Shown here: piece by piece, positions 49,371 through 61,555 of the stretch | How positions within the stretch are numbered: position 1 is the stretch's first letter | How the letters are laid out: every line of letters begins with the position of its first letter | Assembly (NCBI RefSeq): GCF_963921235.1 | Contig: NC_086097.1 | Span: forward strand, 85,252,001-85,316,000 | From: Mobula hypostoma | Lineage: Eukaryota | DNA length: 64,000 nt | Direction of reading: 5' to 3' | Position numbers and translations under genes: made by a program | The notes under the pieces: model-generated | Databases searched by the model: none | Told to the model about the DNA's origin: nothing | What the model saw: the letters and a program-made list of their open reading frames with translations, nothing else

Positions 49371-52261
49371 CAAGCATCCCCTTCACATCATAGAACATTC
49401 AGCTGCCTGATTGTCCATAATCAGCGCTGCAATCTTAGCAACCTAATTCAGAACACAAGACGCCGAATGCATTATACAGTGTAAACATTTCACCTGGGTC
49501 AAGGTTAGGGGAAGCAAACAGCACAATTATTAGGTTCGTGCTTACAGCAGCATCAAAGTATGCTTACTGTGAAAATGAGATCTAATAGACTGGTGACATT
49601 AACGGTTCCGGGGAGAAGGTGCACGTTACGTTTTGAATGCAAAATGTCTAGGATGGCAGGCGCAGTCATAAAATAGATACTCAAAAGTGCTCTTATTTTT
49701 CCTGCTGTATATCTTCTTCCCAATGTTTTTGAGAGGAAAACAAAAGCCTATCCTACAGAAGCATAGTTCATTTACTTGCGGGGGTAATCATGTTCATCGT
49801 TCAGTTTAGCCTAGTGCTGTTAATGCTGATGAGTTTATTGGATTGTTGTTTATGTCCAAGTAATGATCCTCTTTTTTCAGAGAAAGTCTGCATGGAAAAC
49901 TTCTGTGTATTTGTGTGCATATCTTTCTTTCTGGCTCGAAAAGGTTTGAGTAAAATTACACAAAAAAACTGAATTTACAGAAAAAGGTATTAGTTTGCTT
50001 TAAACATTTTTCCTTAATTAGTTAAAGTTGTTCTAGGTTTCGAAGTGATAAATTGTAGTTGCGTTGACTGCAGTTGTTTTTGATTTAGGTGCACTCTGGT
50101 ACACATGACAGTGATGGAGTTAATGTTTTTGTTCAATTGGCAATGCAAATGGTCTTTTTTGCGCAATAATTTAAGTTTTACAGCTTTTGTTTGATAAGGG
50201 TAGTCTGTACCTCTTTCATATCTGGGGGGCAAAGTGTGCAAACCTGTCCATAGCCTTGCATTACACTCATGTTTAGGATCATTTTTGGGTAAACCTTTGC
50301 TCCTTGCTTGTCCCCAATCCCCTTGGACACATCACTGCAAGGGTAGTGAAGATATCCATCAGACTAAATGTCTTTGCCCCATAGAGACAGATCAAGTATT
50401 CTTAAGGTATCTAAAAGTATTCCAAGATTATATTTACGAGCAAGATCCTTGAGGTAAATCTTACTGCTCACCGCCCCGGTCCTTCGCCTCAACAGTGGTA
50501 CAAGTGTAGCTGTTAACAATTGGTACTTTCATCCAGCTTGGACATGGAGCAGGCAATTACCCTGAGAGATTGTAGCACCTAAGAATTTAAATGATGATGG
50601 CTGTGGGTATGTGTTTTCTCCACTGTGGCCTGACACGATCAAGTGTTTTACTTCTATATAGTACAGGAAAAGAGGCCCCGCTTTATATCCCACAGATGTA
50701 TTCCACCGTTCACTCAATATAAGAAAACGATTTCATGCAGTAAATACTACTTAAAACCTCTTTCTATACACCAGAGATGCCCACTTTATATCACATGGTC
50801 AAACACTCATAGCTTGTATGCTGATGTCGTTAAGGGTGAATATAATATCTTTAAACCTGCTGTTCTCTCCCAGGTGACTCTTTATACAAGCCGTCGGATG
50901 ACATTTTATACAGATTCTCAACTAACTCTTTCTGCAGTTTTTCCACTCTAGCCAGATTCTTTATACAAAATAATTCACTACAGACAGTACCTTCAAGACC
51001 TTCTTAAGCCTCGAGGATATACTGTAGGCATGACAAAGGTAAATCTTTTAGACATAAATGGCCCCTTTATACAGAGACTTTGTGACATCCGACTCTTATA
51101 TTGAATAACTCAGTGAGGGAGAGCCCTTTATTAATGTTGTAGTTGTACCCTGTAGCTGATCATTTATCCTGGTGAAACCGCTGTAAATTGTATCATTGTA
51201 CATTGGTAAGGCAGTATCATTTGCAGATTCAAAATCATTTCACAGACAAGCTTAAGATAATCTCCACAATCTGTCAAAAAGAAAATATAGAAGGCTAATT
51301 AATTCAACTCTGAAAAGTCTTCTGAAGCAATGGGTACATCATCCATCTCAGTTCCTGAAAGTAAAGATGGGGTAGAGGGTTGGGGCGGATGGGATGGGAG
51401 TCGGGCGTCCAGGAGGTATCTGGTGGATTTGGATTGGTGTAACATTGTCGGTAGCAAATCGGCAGACTGCGTTATATTTCTCCATTAATTTCTATTTCCG
51501 TTGGTTTCAATGGAGAAGTTGGACTTAGCTGCCGACCTGCCTGTTGTATTCTGTCTCACAAAGTCAAGATCTACCCGCACATGCTTTCGTTTTTTCCATG
51601 AGTGAAAGACAGTGTTTTGAAGCATTGTTACTTTTCATGTAGTATCGGGTTGTGCAAGTTCCATTTTCTTTGAATGACTTGGCATCCCACCAGGCTCAGC
51701 TGTAACCAGTTCACTTCTGGAGCCTGAAGATGATGGAAAGCAAAGACCAGGCAGTAGAAATAAAACATCTCAGCTCTGGGCTTGTCCACTGCCATGACGA
51801 GTGCAAGCAAAACACGGATTGGTTTTCCACACAAACAGACCACATTCAAGTTAGAAACCATTTGTAGGTAGTGGTTTTTGTAACCAATTTTCTATCCTTT
51901 GTCTGCATGCTTTGCATGTTGCATTGAATGGAATTGTTTTTTTTTCCTTTCCATTGTTGTCTTCTGATTTTTTTTCCTGTTGCTTTCTTTTACTGCATCA
52001 AAGAGATTCTGTACACGGTACCATGAACTTGTAGCCTAGCTACTTGAAGTAGTTCCATTTGCTGTGCATTGTGTTCTTGACCATCATGGCTAGATTTGGT
52101 AAAGGCAGGATTGCTCACCGCGAAGTAGTTCTTTGGGAAAACTTTCGGTAACTGGGTAATGGCACTGCCTGTTCGCCTGGGCCCTTAGGTGTAAACACCC
52201 CAGAATTACATTCAAAACTGCTTTGTACAGTAATCTGAAGGGAAAATGTGTGAACATTTAC

Positions 52262-52267
52262 AATAAA
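52262..52267 (+). promoter_or_regulatory. Probable distal polyadenylation signal
   Basis: AATAAA with TGTA about 35 nt upstream (ctttgtacag) and a GT/T-rich tract (ttttggtgtgttctctgt) about 20-40 nt downstream. Confidence 0.6.
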
Positions 52268-53799
52268 AGACTGAAAACCACTGAAGTATTTTGGTGTGTT
52301 CTCTGTCCTAAAGGGTGAATGACTTTCTCAATCCCTTCTTGTGTGGACATAAAACTATTTCAGTATATAACAGATGCGTTCCCTTCAGCTTTCAGACATA
52401 TAATGCATCTTATCTGATCAGTTTCATGTTCCTCTCTGGGCACAAACTGGCTGCCACATTCCTTTGCAATGTGAAATTGAAAACATGTCAAGGGTGCTTA
52501 ATTGGCAGTGAAATGTTTTGGAATGCCCTGGGTGCATAGCACTATACAGATGCAAGTTATTTTTTTTAAGCTCAGCCTAAAGGTTGTGCTAAGGTTGTCA
52601 GGACCTGCCCGTTCTCTCAAGCCATGTGGAGGATCATGCGGAAGGACCGTGTGTTGTTCAAAATAACAGGTGATTTATTAAAATTTATAATCTCCCTGAG
52701 CACAAACTTGTTGCAGCTATTACATCCTCAGATTGCACAGAAACTTGATCAACAGTATAACTAGGTTTTGACAGCAGAATAATGGTTCCAGAAAGGCTTA
52801 ATTAAGTAACAAATTAGGTCTTGATTATAGAATAAGATGATCATCCAAAAATCAAATTCAGTTACTAATAAATCCAATTTTCTATTACAATAATTAATAA
52901 AATTTCTGAAACTTGGGTGTTATCGGAGCTGCATTCCATGCCTCTGCTTTTAGGCTTGGCCTGTGGTTCCTTATTACCACATTAGCACCAACCACATCCC
53001 TATTTATGAGTCGTTAGCTTTTCTTTTTCCTACAACACCATGGTCATGCAGAACTTTTGGGTGATAGGTAGTACACAGCATATTACCATTATCCTCCCAA
53101 TCCCAGCCATGACAAGTTAAATAAAACCATCTCCAAATGTTGTTGCCAACGTTGACCCTCCCCCCACCCCCCACACAGTAATTTTGTTATAATCCACTTT
53201 CTGTCCAACTATAACTTGACACTAGAATGGAATACCTTTAGTTTTACAGTTACCAATATAGGGCTGAATCTGGATTTACTGTGTTTAATTCCTGTATTTA
53301 TACCATTGTAGTTAGGACATCTTTTAAATTTCAAAAATAAACTATTCATAATAAAAAATATCTACTAAGGAATAAAGATGGTGCATAGCTGTCTACATTT
53401 TGACTTTTATTGGTGTCAGGTTTCCTGGGCTTTTTGATATTTTAAGGTTTTATAAATGCAGCCAAAAATGGATGGTGTCATTTTAAAAATCTCCTACTGA
53501 CTCAAAAATTGGTACAAACAGTAAAATTTCACTGTGATATTTTAATCTGAGGATATGTCCGTTTTATGTGCCAGGTCACCTCCTAGCACAAACTTTTATG
53601 AACTGCCTTGAGGTTCCCAGACCTTATGAGCTGGCTTGGCTAGTTAGGAGGTGGTGTGTACTACAAGAAAATAGTATTGCTGTAGCAAATTCTGGCCCTA
53701 ATTATTTAGCTTGAACCGATCTGTTGACAAGCTGAAAGATTTCCACCAGCATAGCATCATTTATTTGTTCTCAAAACGTCACCAGGAAGGCCGGCATTT

Positions 53800-54072
53800 A
53801 TTGGCTATCACTGTAGCTTGGTGGTTAGCACCATGTTCTACAGTACAGGCAACCCGGATTCAATTCATTCCTCTACCTGTAGGGTGTTTGTACATTCTGC
53901 CCTGTGACGACATGGGTTTCCTCCGGGGGCTCTGGTCTCCTCCCGCAGTCCAAAGACGTACCAGTTAGTAGATTAATTAGTCATTGCAAATTGTCCCCTG
54001 ATTAGGCTAGGATTAAATTGGGATTGTTGGGCGGCATGGCTCAAAGGGCCTATTCCATGCTGTTTCTCAATA
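53800..54072 (+). mobile_element. V-SINE
   Basis: tRNA-like head, V-domain and tail aagggcctattcca...ctcaataaa. Confidence 0.8.
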
Positions 54073-54261
54073 AATACATAAATAAATTCCCTCGTTAAGG
54101 TGCTGGTGACCCATTGCCCTGAACCACAGCAGTATTTCCAGTGAATGTACTCCTTCTGTGTTGGATAGCAATCACAGGATTTAGATCCAGCAGCAATGAA
54201 GAATCTTTTATCCCCCTCAGTATGGTAAATAAGATGGAGGGGAACCTGCAAGCGTCCTTTC

Positions 54262-54610
54262 AACACACACAAAATGCTGGAGGAACTCAGCAGGCCAGGC
54301 AGCACCTATGGAGAAAAGTACAGTCAACATTTTGGGCTGGACAGGAGGAAAAAAGATGGAGGAATAAATTTGAAAGGTGGGGGAGAGGAGAGAGAAACAC
54401 AAGGTGATAGGTGAAACCAGGAGGGGGAGGGATGAAGTAAAGAGCTGGGAAGTTGATTGGTGAAAGAGATGCAGGGCTGGAGAAGGGGGAATCTAATAGA
54501 AGACGGAAGACCATGGAAGAAAGAAAAGGGGGGAGGAGCACCAGAGGGAGGTAATGGGCAGGGAAGGAGATAAGGGATGGTTGGGGGGGGGGGGTGCATT
54601 ACTGGAAGTA
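54262..54610 (-). mobile_element. PLE 3' terminal fragment
   Basis: Shared terminus and purine-rich tract. Confidence 0.75.
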
Positions 54611-54761
54611 AAGAAGCATCCTTTCAGTCAGTTCAAAGTATAATGACATACTATGCAAAGTAATTTATCACTACTTGCCTTCTTTGCTAAACATTTCAAG
54701 TACAGGTATATGCCTTCTGGCTCAGAACATTCAAACAAAGGAAACTGTTTAATATGGAACA

Positions 54762-54887
54762 CAAACATGAGGAAATCTGCAGATACTGGAATTTCAAGCA
54801 ACACACATAAAAGTTGCTGGTGAACGCAGCAGGTCAGGCAGCAAGAGAGATACAGTCGACGTTTTGGGCCGAGACCCTTCGTCAGGA
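54762..54887 (-). mobile_element. PLE terminal fragment ending at a hammerhead motif
   Basis: Nearly identical to 39489-39620. Minus strand CUGACGA-agggucucggccc-AAAAC-GUC (GAAA changed to AAAA). Confidence 0.8.
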
Positions 54888-56984
54888 AGTTTGTCAATCA
54901 TAGAATGATGATCCTTTACATGGGAAGGTTCACTACTGAGAACTGTGGGTTGTAGGTTAATTTTGAGGAAATGGCCCTGGGTGGTAGAATCTGGGAGCAG
55001 TTGATGGGGGAATGTGGGGTGAATAAATTGGGATTAATGTAAATTGTCACTTGCTAATTGTAGACTTGGTGGACAGAGGGCCATCTATCTAATGTAGTAA
55101 TTTTATTATGCCTACTATTTTGTACAAATATACAGGCAGACAATTCGAGGTGACTGGATTTTTGCTACTTCTGTTTTGAAAAGTCACAGGCAGAGATTCT
55201 TAATATTTAGGGAGGGAATTTTAACAAGGCTATCAATATACGTACTGTAAATTGTTTATCAAAATCAGGAAGCAACCAAAGATGGAAATCTGAAGCAGAA
55301 AATGCTGGAATTGTTCAACAGTTATTTGTGGATGGAAAAATGAGCTAATGCTTTAGGATGAAGACGGTTCATTGGAACTGGGAAAGAAAGAAACATTGGG
55401 GATAAAACTGGTGTGAGGTTGTGGGGGGAAGATGGGGATAAAGTAGACCCATGTACCTCCTTCACTAATGTATTCCTTTTAATCTATCTGGCTAGCCAAA
55501 CTTGGGTTATCAGCAGTATCAAACTCCCAAAATCTGGGGGGGGGGGGGATCTCTGTAAATCAGATGGAACCTGTTCTTTTTGCAGTAAGATACAAAAGCC
55601 TGAAAGAACATAACACCAGATACGAGGGCAGCTTCTACCCTGCTGTTATAAGACCATTGAGTCATTCCTTAGTATGAAAAAATGGATGTTGACCTCACAA
55701 TGTACCTCAGTGTGACCTTGCACCTTACTGTCTACCTGCACTGCACTTTCTCTGTACTGTAACACTTTATTCTGCACACTTATTGTCTTACCTTGCACTA
55801 CACCAATGCATTGCTGTAATGAATTGATTCATAGGATGGTATGCAATATGTTTTTCACTCTACATGGAACAATAATAAATCAACTCACCAATTTAATCAC
55901 CAAGCACTCTTCAAATTCACTGTCAACCTCCTTGCTGTAGGGCACCTAAAATAGAATTGTTTTGGCTGTCAACAGCAAATTGTGCTCCTCTAGAATCCAA
56001 GGTGCCATTGTCCAATTGTCTTCTGTATTTACATACTTACAGAAGCAAACCTGAATATCAATCCAAGAGAATCCATAGAGAAAACCATCCAGCTAAAAAA
56101 ACAGCTCAGACCACGTGCTCACACCAATGCCACTTTCATCATCTGAAATGACAACTTTTTTTGCTGAAACAATAAACGGTTTTTTGATTGTAAAAGGTAG
56201 ATTAAGTTTGACTTGACATTTATAAATAATAAATGTAACATGTCATTGTAACCTTGGCTCTCACCATTGGAATACTTGATGAAGCAGGAATCAAACAATT
56301 AATTACACTGGCGCATCAAACGTTGAGGCGACTTTGGCGCTCTTGCCAACCCAGCCATCAGTATCAAGCCCATCAGTGCCAGTTTTCACCTTTGTAAGTA
56401 AGGTAGAAAGCAAGGTGAAGACAACCAGTTGAGAGGGGCAGGCACTGAACCGCACAGCTCAAGACAACAGGATATATGGCAGCAAAGGGAAAGCAAGCAG
56501 GGATTCAGTTGTGTGAAATAATATTAGCACTTGTATCTCAACTGCACCCACTCAGTTATGGATGACCCAAAATAACTGTTAATAAGCTGTACAATGTTGT
56601 TAACATACAACATAGTAAGGCTCTTCGGCCCTCGACGTTTTGCCAACTTTGTAGCCAACTCTTAAGTTCAACCTAACCCTTACCTCCTGCATAGTCCTCC
56701 ACTTTTCTACCAAACACATGCTTATTAAGTGTTTCTTAAATGTCCCTGTTGTATCAGCCTCTACCACCACTCCTAGCAGAGCATTCTACTATTCTTTGTG
56801 TAAAAAAAAACTTACTTCTGTCATCTCCCCCCCCAAGCATTCCTTCAATCACCTTAAATCTCCTTTGCATCCTCTCTAAAGTTTCCACATCCTTTCTATA
56901 ATGAGGCAACCAGAACGGAACACAATATTCCAAATATGGTCTAACCAGAGTTTTATAGTGCTGAAATATTACTTCATAGCTCTT

Positions 56985-59900
56985 AGGCCATAAGATATAT
57001 AGGAGTAGAGTTCAGCCATTTGGTCCATTAAGTCTGCTCCACCATTTCATCATGGCTGATCCATTTCCCTCTTAGCTCCAACCTTCTTCTTTCTTCACGC
57101 ATCTCTTCATGCCCTGACTAATCAAGAATCTATCAACCTCTGCCTTAAATATTCCCCATGGCTTGGCCTCCATGTCATTGGAGATCCAAAGGGGCCCAAG
57201 ACTGCTCATGATACTCCAAGAGTGGCATGACTAATGCCTTGTAAAGCCATCACATCCTTGCTTTTATATTCTAGTAATCTCAAAATGAATGCTAACATTG
57301 CATATGTCTTCCTTACGACCATCTCAACTTGCAAGTGAACCTTTGGAAACCTTTGCATGAGGAGTCCTTTTGCATCTCTTATTTCTGAATTTTCTCCCCA
57401 TTAGAAAATACTACACTTTTGTTCCTTCTACCAAAGTGCATGACCATACAATTCCCTACACTATATTCCATCTGGCACTAGTTTTACCCATTCTCCTAAT
57501 CTGTCTAAATCCTTCTGCAGACTCACTACTTCCTCATCAGTTCCTGCCCCTCCACTTATCTTCATATTTTCCACAAACTTAGCCACAAAGCCATCAATTA
57601 CATCATCAAAATCATTGACATACAACACAAGAAGAAGCTGCCCCAACAGCAACACCTGTGGAACATCACTAGTCACGGGCAGCCAACTAGAAAAGGCTCC
57701 CTTTATTCCCATGCTTTGCCTTCTGCCAGTCAGCCACTGCTTTATCTATGCTAGTATCCTTCCTGTAGCATGGGCTCATATCTTGTTAAGTTGCCTCATG
57801 TAAGCACCTTGTCAAAGGCCTTTTGAAAATTTAACTACACACCATCCATCGATTCTCCTTTGTCCATCCTGCTTGTTATTTCTTCAAAGAATTCCAACAG
57901 ATTTGTCAATCAAGATTTTCTCTTAAGGAAACCATGCAGACTATGGCCTATTTTATCATGTGCCTTGAAGTACCCCAAAGCCACGTCCTTAATAATCGAC
58001 TCCAACATCTTCCCAGACACTGAGGTCATACTAACTGGCCTATAATTTCCTTACTTCTGCTTGTCTCCCTTCTTGAAGAGTGGAGTGACATTTGCATTTT
58101 CCAGTCTTATGTAACCATGCAAGAATACGCTGATACTTGAAAGATCATTATCAATGCCTCCACAATCTCTTCAGCCACCTCTTTCAGAACCATGGAATGT
58201 GGACTATCTGGTCCAGGTGACTTATATACCTACAGACCTTTCAATTTCCGAAGTACCTTTGCCCTAGTAATGGCAACTTCACACATTTCAGCCCTCTGAC
58301 ACTCTCAGCTTCTGGCAAACTGCTGGTGTCTTCCACATCGAAGGCTGATGCAAAATAATTATTCAATTCATCTGTCTTTTCCTCGTCCCCCATTACTACC
58401 TCTCCAACATCACTTTCCAGTGGTCCAAAATCTACTCTTGCCTCTCTTTTACACTTTATACATCTGAAGATACTTCTTGTATCCTCTATTTAAATTATTG
58501 GCTAGATTACCTTCATATTCCATCTTCTCCCTCTTTATGACTCTTGTTGTTGCATTCTGTTGGTTTTTAAAATCTTCCCAATCCTGCAACTTCCCACTAC
58601 TTATAGCTCTATTACATACCCTCTTTGGCTTTTATGTTGGCTTTGACTTCTCGTCAGACACAGCTGTGTCATCCTGCCTCTAAAATGCTTAGAATACTTC
58701 TTTTTTGGGATGTATCTATCCTGTGCCTTCCGAATTGCTCCCAGAAATTCCAGCCATTGCTGCTCTGCCATCATCCCTGCTAGTGTTCCCTTCCAGTCAG
58801 TTTTTAGCCAGCTGCTCTCTCATGCCTCCAATTCCCTTTACTCCATTGTATTACTAATAGATCAGACTTTAGCCTCTTCTCAAATTGTAGGGTGAATTCT
58901 ATCATATTATCACCACTGACCCTTAAGGATTTCTTTACCTTAAGCTCTCTGATCAATTCTGATTCATTTCACAACACCCAGTCTAGAATAACTGATCCCC
59001 TAGCAGGCTCAACCATATGCTGCTTTAAAAAGCCATCTCGTAGACATTTTAGAAAGTGCCCTCTTGGGATCCATCACCAACCTAATTTTTCTATTCTACC
59101 TGCATATTGAAAACCCCCATGACTTTCGCAACATTGCCCTTCTTACATGCATTTTCTACCTCCTGTTTTAATTTACAGACCACCTCTTTACTACTGTTTG
59201 AGGTCTGTATATAAATCCCATCAGGGTTGTTTTACCCTTGCAGTTCTTTAGCTCTGTCCACAATGATTCTACACCTTCTGATCTGATGTCACCTCTTTCT
59301 AATGACTTGATTTCATTTTTGTTTAAAACCAACAGAGTCATGCCACCCCCTTTGTCTACCTGCCTGTCCCTTCAATACGATGTGTATCTTTGGACATTAA
59401 CCTCCCAGTTGTAATCTTCTTTCAGCCACAATTCAGTGATGCCCATAACACCATAGGTACCAATCTGTAACTGTGCCACAAGTTCATCTACCTTATTCCG
59501 TATGCTGCGTGTATTCATATATAACATCTTCGGTCCCATATTCATCACTCTTTTCAATTTTGTCCCCATTTTCCATTGCACTGCAATTTTGCTCTATCTG
59601 CAGCTTTTCACTTCTAGCAGACTTACTGCACACTGCCTCTGCTTGTAAACCAACTACCCCGTCCTTAGCCCTATCACCCAATTTCCATCTCCCTGCTAAA
59701 TTAGGTTAAACTTTCCCGAATAGTTCAAGCAAACCTGCCCATAAGGATACTGGTCCCCCTCAGGTTTAGGTGTAACACATCCTTTTTGTACGGGCCATAC
59801 CTTCCCCAGAAAAGATCCCAATGATCCCGAAATCTGAAACCCTGCCCCCTGCACCAGTTCCTCAGCCACGCATTCATGTGCCAGGTTATCCTTTTCTTAC

Positions 59901-60250
59901 CCTCACTAGCACGTGGCACAGGCAGCAATCCAGAGATTATTACCCTGGTCTTCCTGATCTATTCTGCTAAATATGTAATCTCTTATCATTACTGCAGTCC
60001 TCTTCAAGTCTCTTCTGAGCCACAGCACCAGACTCAGTGCCAGAGACCCAGTTGCTGTGGTAGGTTGTCCCCCTCAACAGTATCCAAAGTGGTAAACTTA
60101 TTATTGAGGGGAAAGATCACAGGGGTACTCTGCATTTCCCTTCCTCCTCCTGACAATCACCCAGTAACCTACCTCCTGCAACCTAGGGATGACTGTCTCC
60201 GTGTAGCTCCTAACAATCACTTCCTCAGTCTCCCATACAAGCTGAAGGTC
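56985..60250 (-). mobile_element. Near full-length degraded CR1 LINE
   Basis: ORF1 NAWLRNWCRGQGFRF.DHWDLFWGR; APE YMNTRSIRNKVDEL and GITELW; RT PVTSDVPQ; 3' tail near 56990. Confidence 0.9.
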
Positions 60251-60544
60251 GTTGACCCAAAATATCGACTGTATTCTTTTCCACAGTTGCTGCCTGGTCT
60301 GCTGGGTTCCTCCAGCATTTTGTGTGTGTTGACCTTACCCAAGCCTGATGAGCCAAAGCCACTCCAACACTGGCCCACTCACACAATGGCCACTCCGCTT
60401 GACCCTGCTTTACTTTTATTCATCTTTCCTAAAGAATCCCGTTCACAAAGTGCCGCCTTTTTCAAACTTCAGCCATGGACCAAAATGAAATTTCTCTCCT
60501 ACTTCTCATGCTCCTACTCACTGATTCGGTAGAGTACCACTGTG

Positions 60545-61340
60545 AAAACTACCAAGAACTCCATAGCCCAACTAATGGAGGCCAACTCCTTGATACCCTC
60601 CTTACAACTTGTGCGACAACTATGAGGTATCTATGGAAGTGGACCCCAAGATCCCTCTGCTCCCTCACGCTGTTAAGAACCTTGCCATTAACTTTGTACT
60701 CTGCCTTCAAATTTGACCTTTCAAAGTGAAGCACTTAACACTTTTCCAGATTGAACTCCATCTACCACTTCTAAGACCGGCTCTGCATCCCATCAATGTC
60801 CCTTTGTAAACTACAGCTATCTTAAACACTATCTTCAGCACCACCAACTTTACGTCATCTGCAAATTTACTAACACACCCTTCGCTCTCCTCATCCAAGT
60901 CATTTATAAAAATCACGAAGGCACAAATTCCAGAACAGATCATTGTGGAATACCACTGGTCAGGGACCTCCAAGCAGAATACACTCCATTTACAATCACA
61001 CTCTGCCTTATTCGGAAAGACAACTCTGTAACCAAGCAGCCAAGTTTTCTTGGATCCGATGCCTCCTGACTCTCTGAAGGAGCCTACCATGGGTAACCTT
61101 ATCAAACACCTTACTAAAATCCATCTACTACTCTGCCTTCATCAACATGCTTTGTTACATCCTCAAAGGATTCAGTCAGGCTTGTGAGACATGATCTACC
61201 CTTGACAAAGCCTTGCTGACTATTCCTAACCAGACTATGTTTCTCCAAATTCTAGTAAAGTTCCTCTCTAAGAATTTTCTCCAATAATTTGCCCACCACT
61301 GAAGTAATACTCACTGCTCTATAATTCCCAGGGTTATTCC
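60545..61340 (-). mobile_element. CR1 RT fragment
   Basis: FVIFINDLDE...VSKFADD and EQRDLGV. Confidence 0.85.
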
Positions 61341-61341
61341 T

Positions 61342-61517
61342 TGTTGTGGTAGTTAATAGTCAGTTAAGCTACTCAGTTAGTCACTCCCACATGGGAGGAG
61401 TTCACATACTGTACAAGCAGCATTATCAATAAAGTTCAGTCAAGTATCCTACATGCTGGCATCCTGGTGTGCTCTGCACTATCCCTCAATAATGAACACA
61501 GCATGGTATCAGGAGTG
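61342..61517 (+). mobile_element. Short LTR (61342-61503) plus primer-binding site (61504-61517), Ty3/Gypsy-like remnant
   Basis: TGTTGTG...CACAGCA termini (6/7 inverted match), internal AATAAA at 61428-61433, followed directly by TGGTATCAGGAGTG. Confidence 0.7.
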
Positions 61518-61555
61518 ATTGATCATCAATTAATTGGTGCTCTTCAACAAAAAAG

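Larger units (their letters stand above)
47387..52290 (+). other. Probable long 3' UTR of the SLC8A gene
   Basis: Follows the stop codon, lacks young repeats compared with the flanks, is U-rich at the distal end and ends in AATAAA plus a GT-rich element. The end point is inferred. Confidence 0.55.

Noticed and set aside
2880..60330. Recurrent gctggaggaactcagcaggtcaggcagcatc motif considered as a CRISPR-like or regulatory repeat
   Set aside because: Dispersed, in both orientations, with no regular spacers; it is the PLE terminus in a eukaryotic genome.
59876..60532. 218-aa ORF on the plus strand
   Set aside because: It is antisense to decayed CR1 ORF1 and a PLE fragment, with no protein motif.
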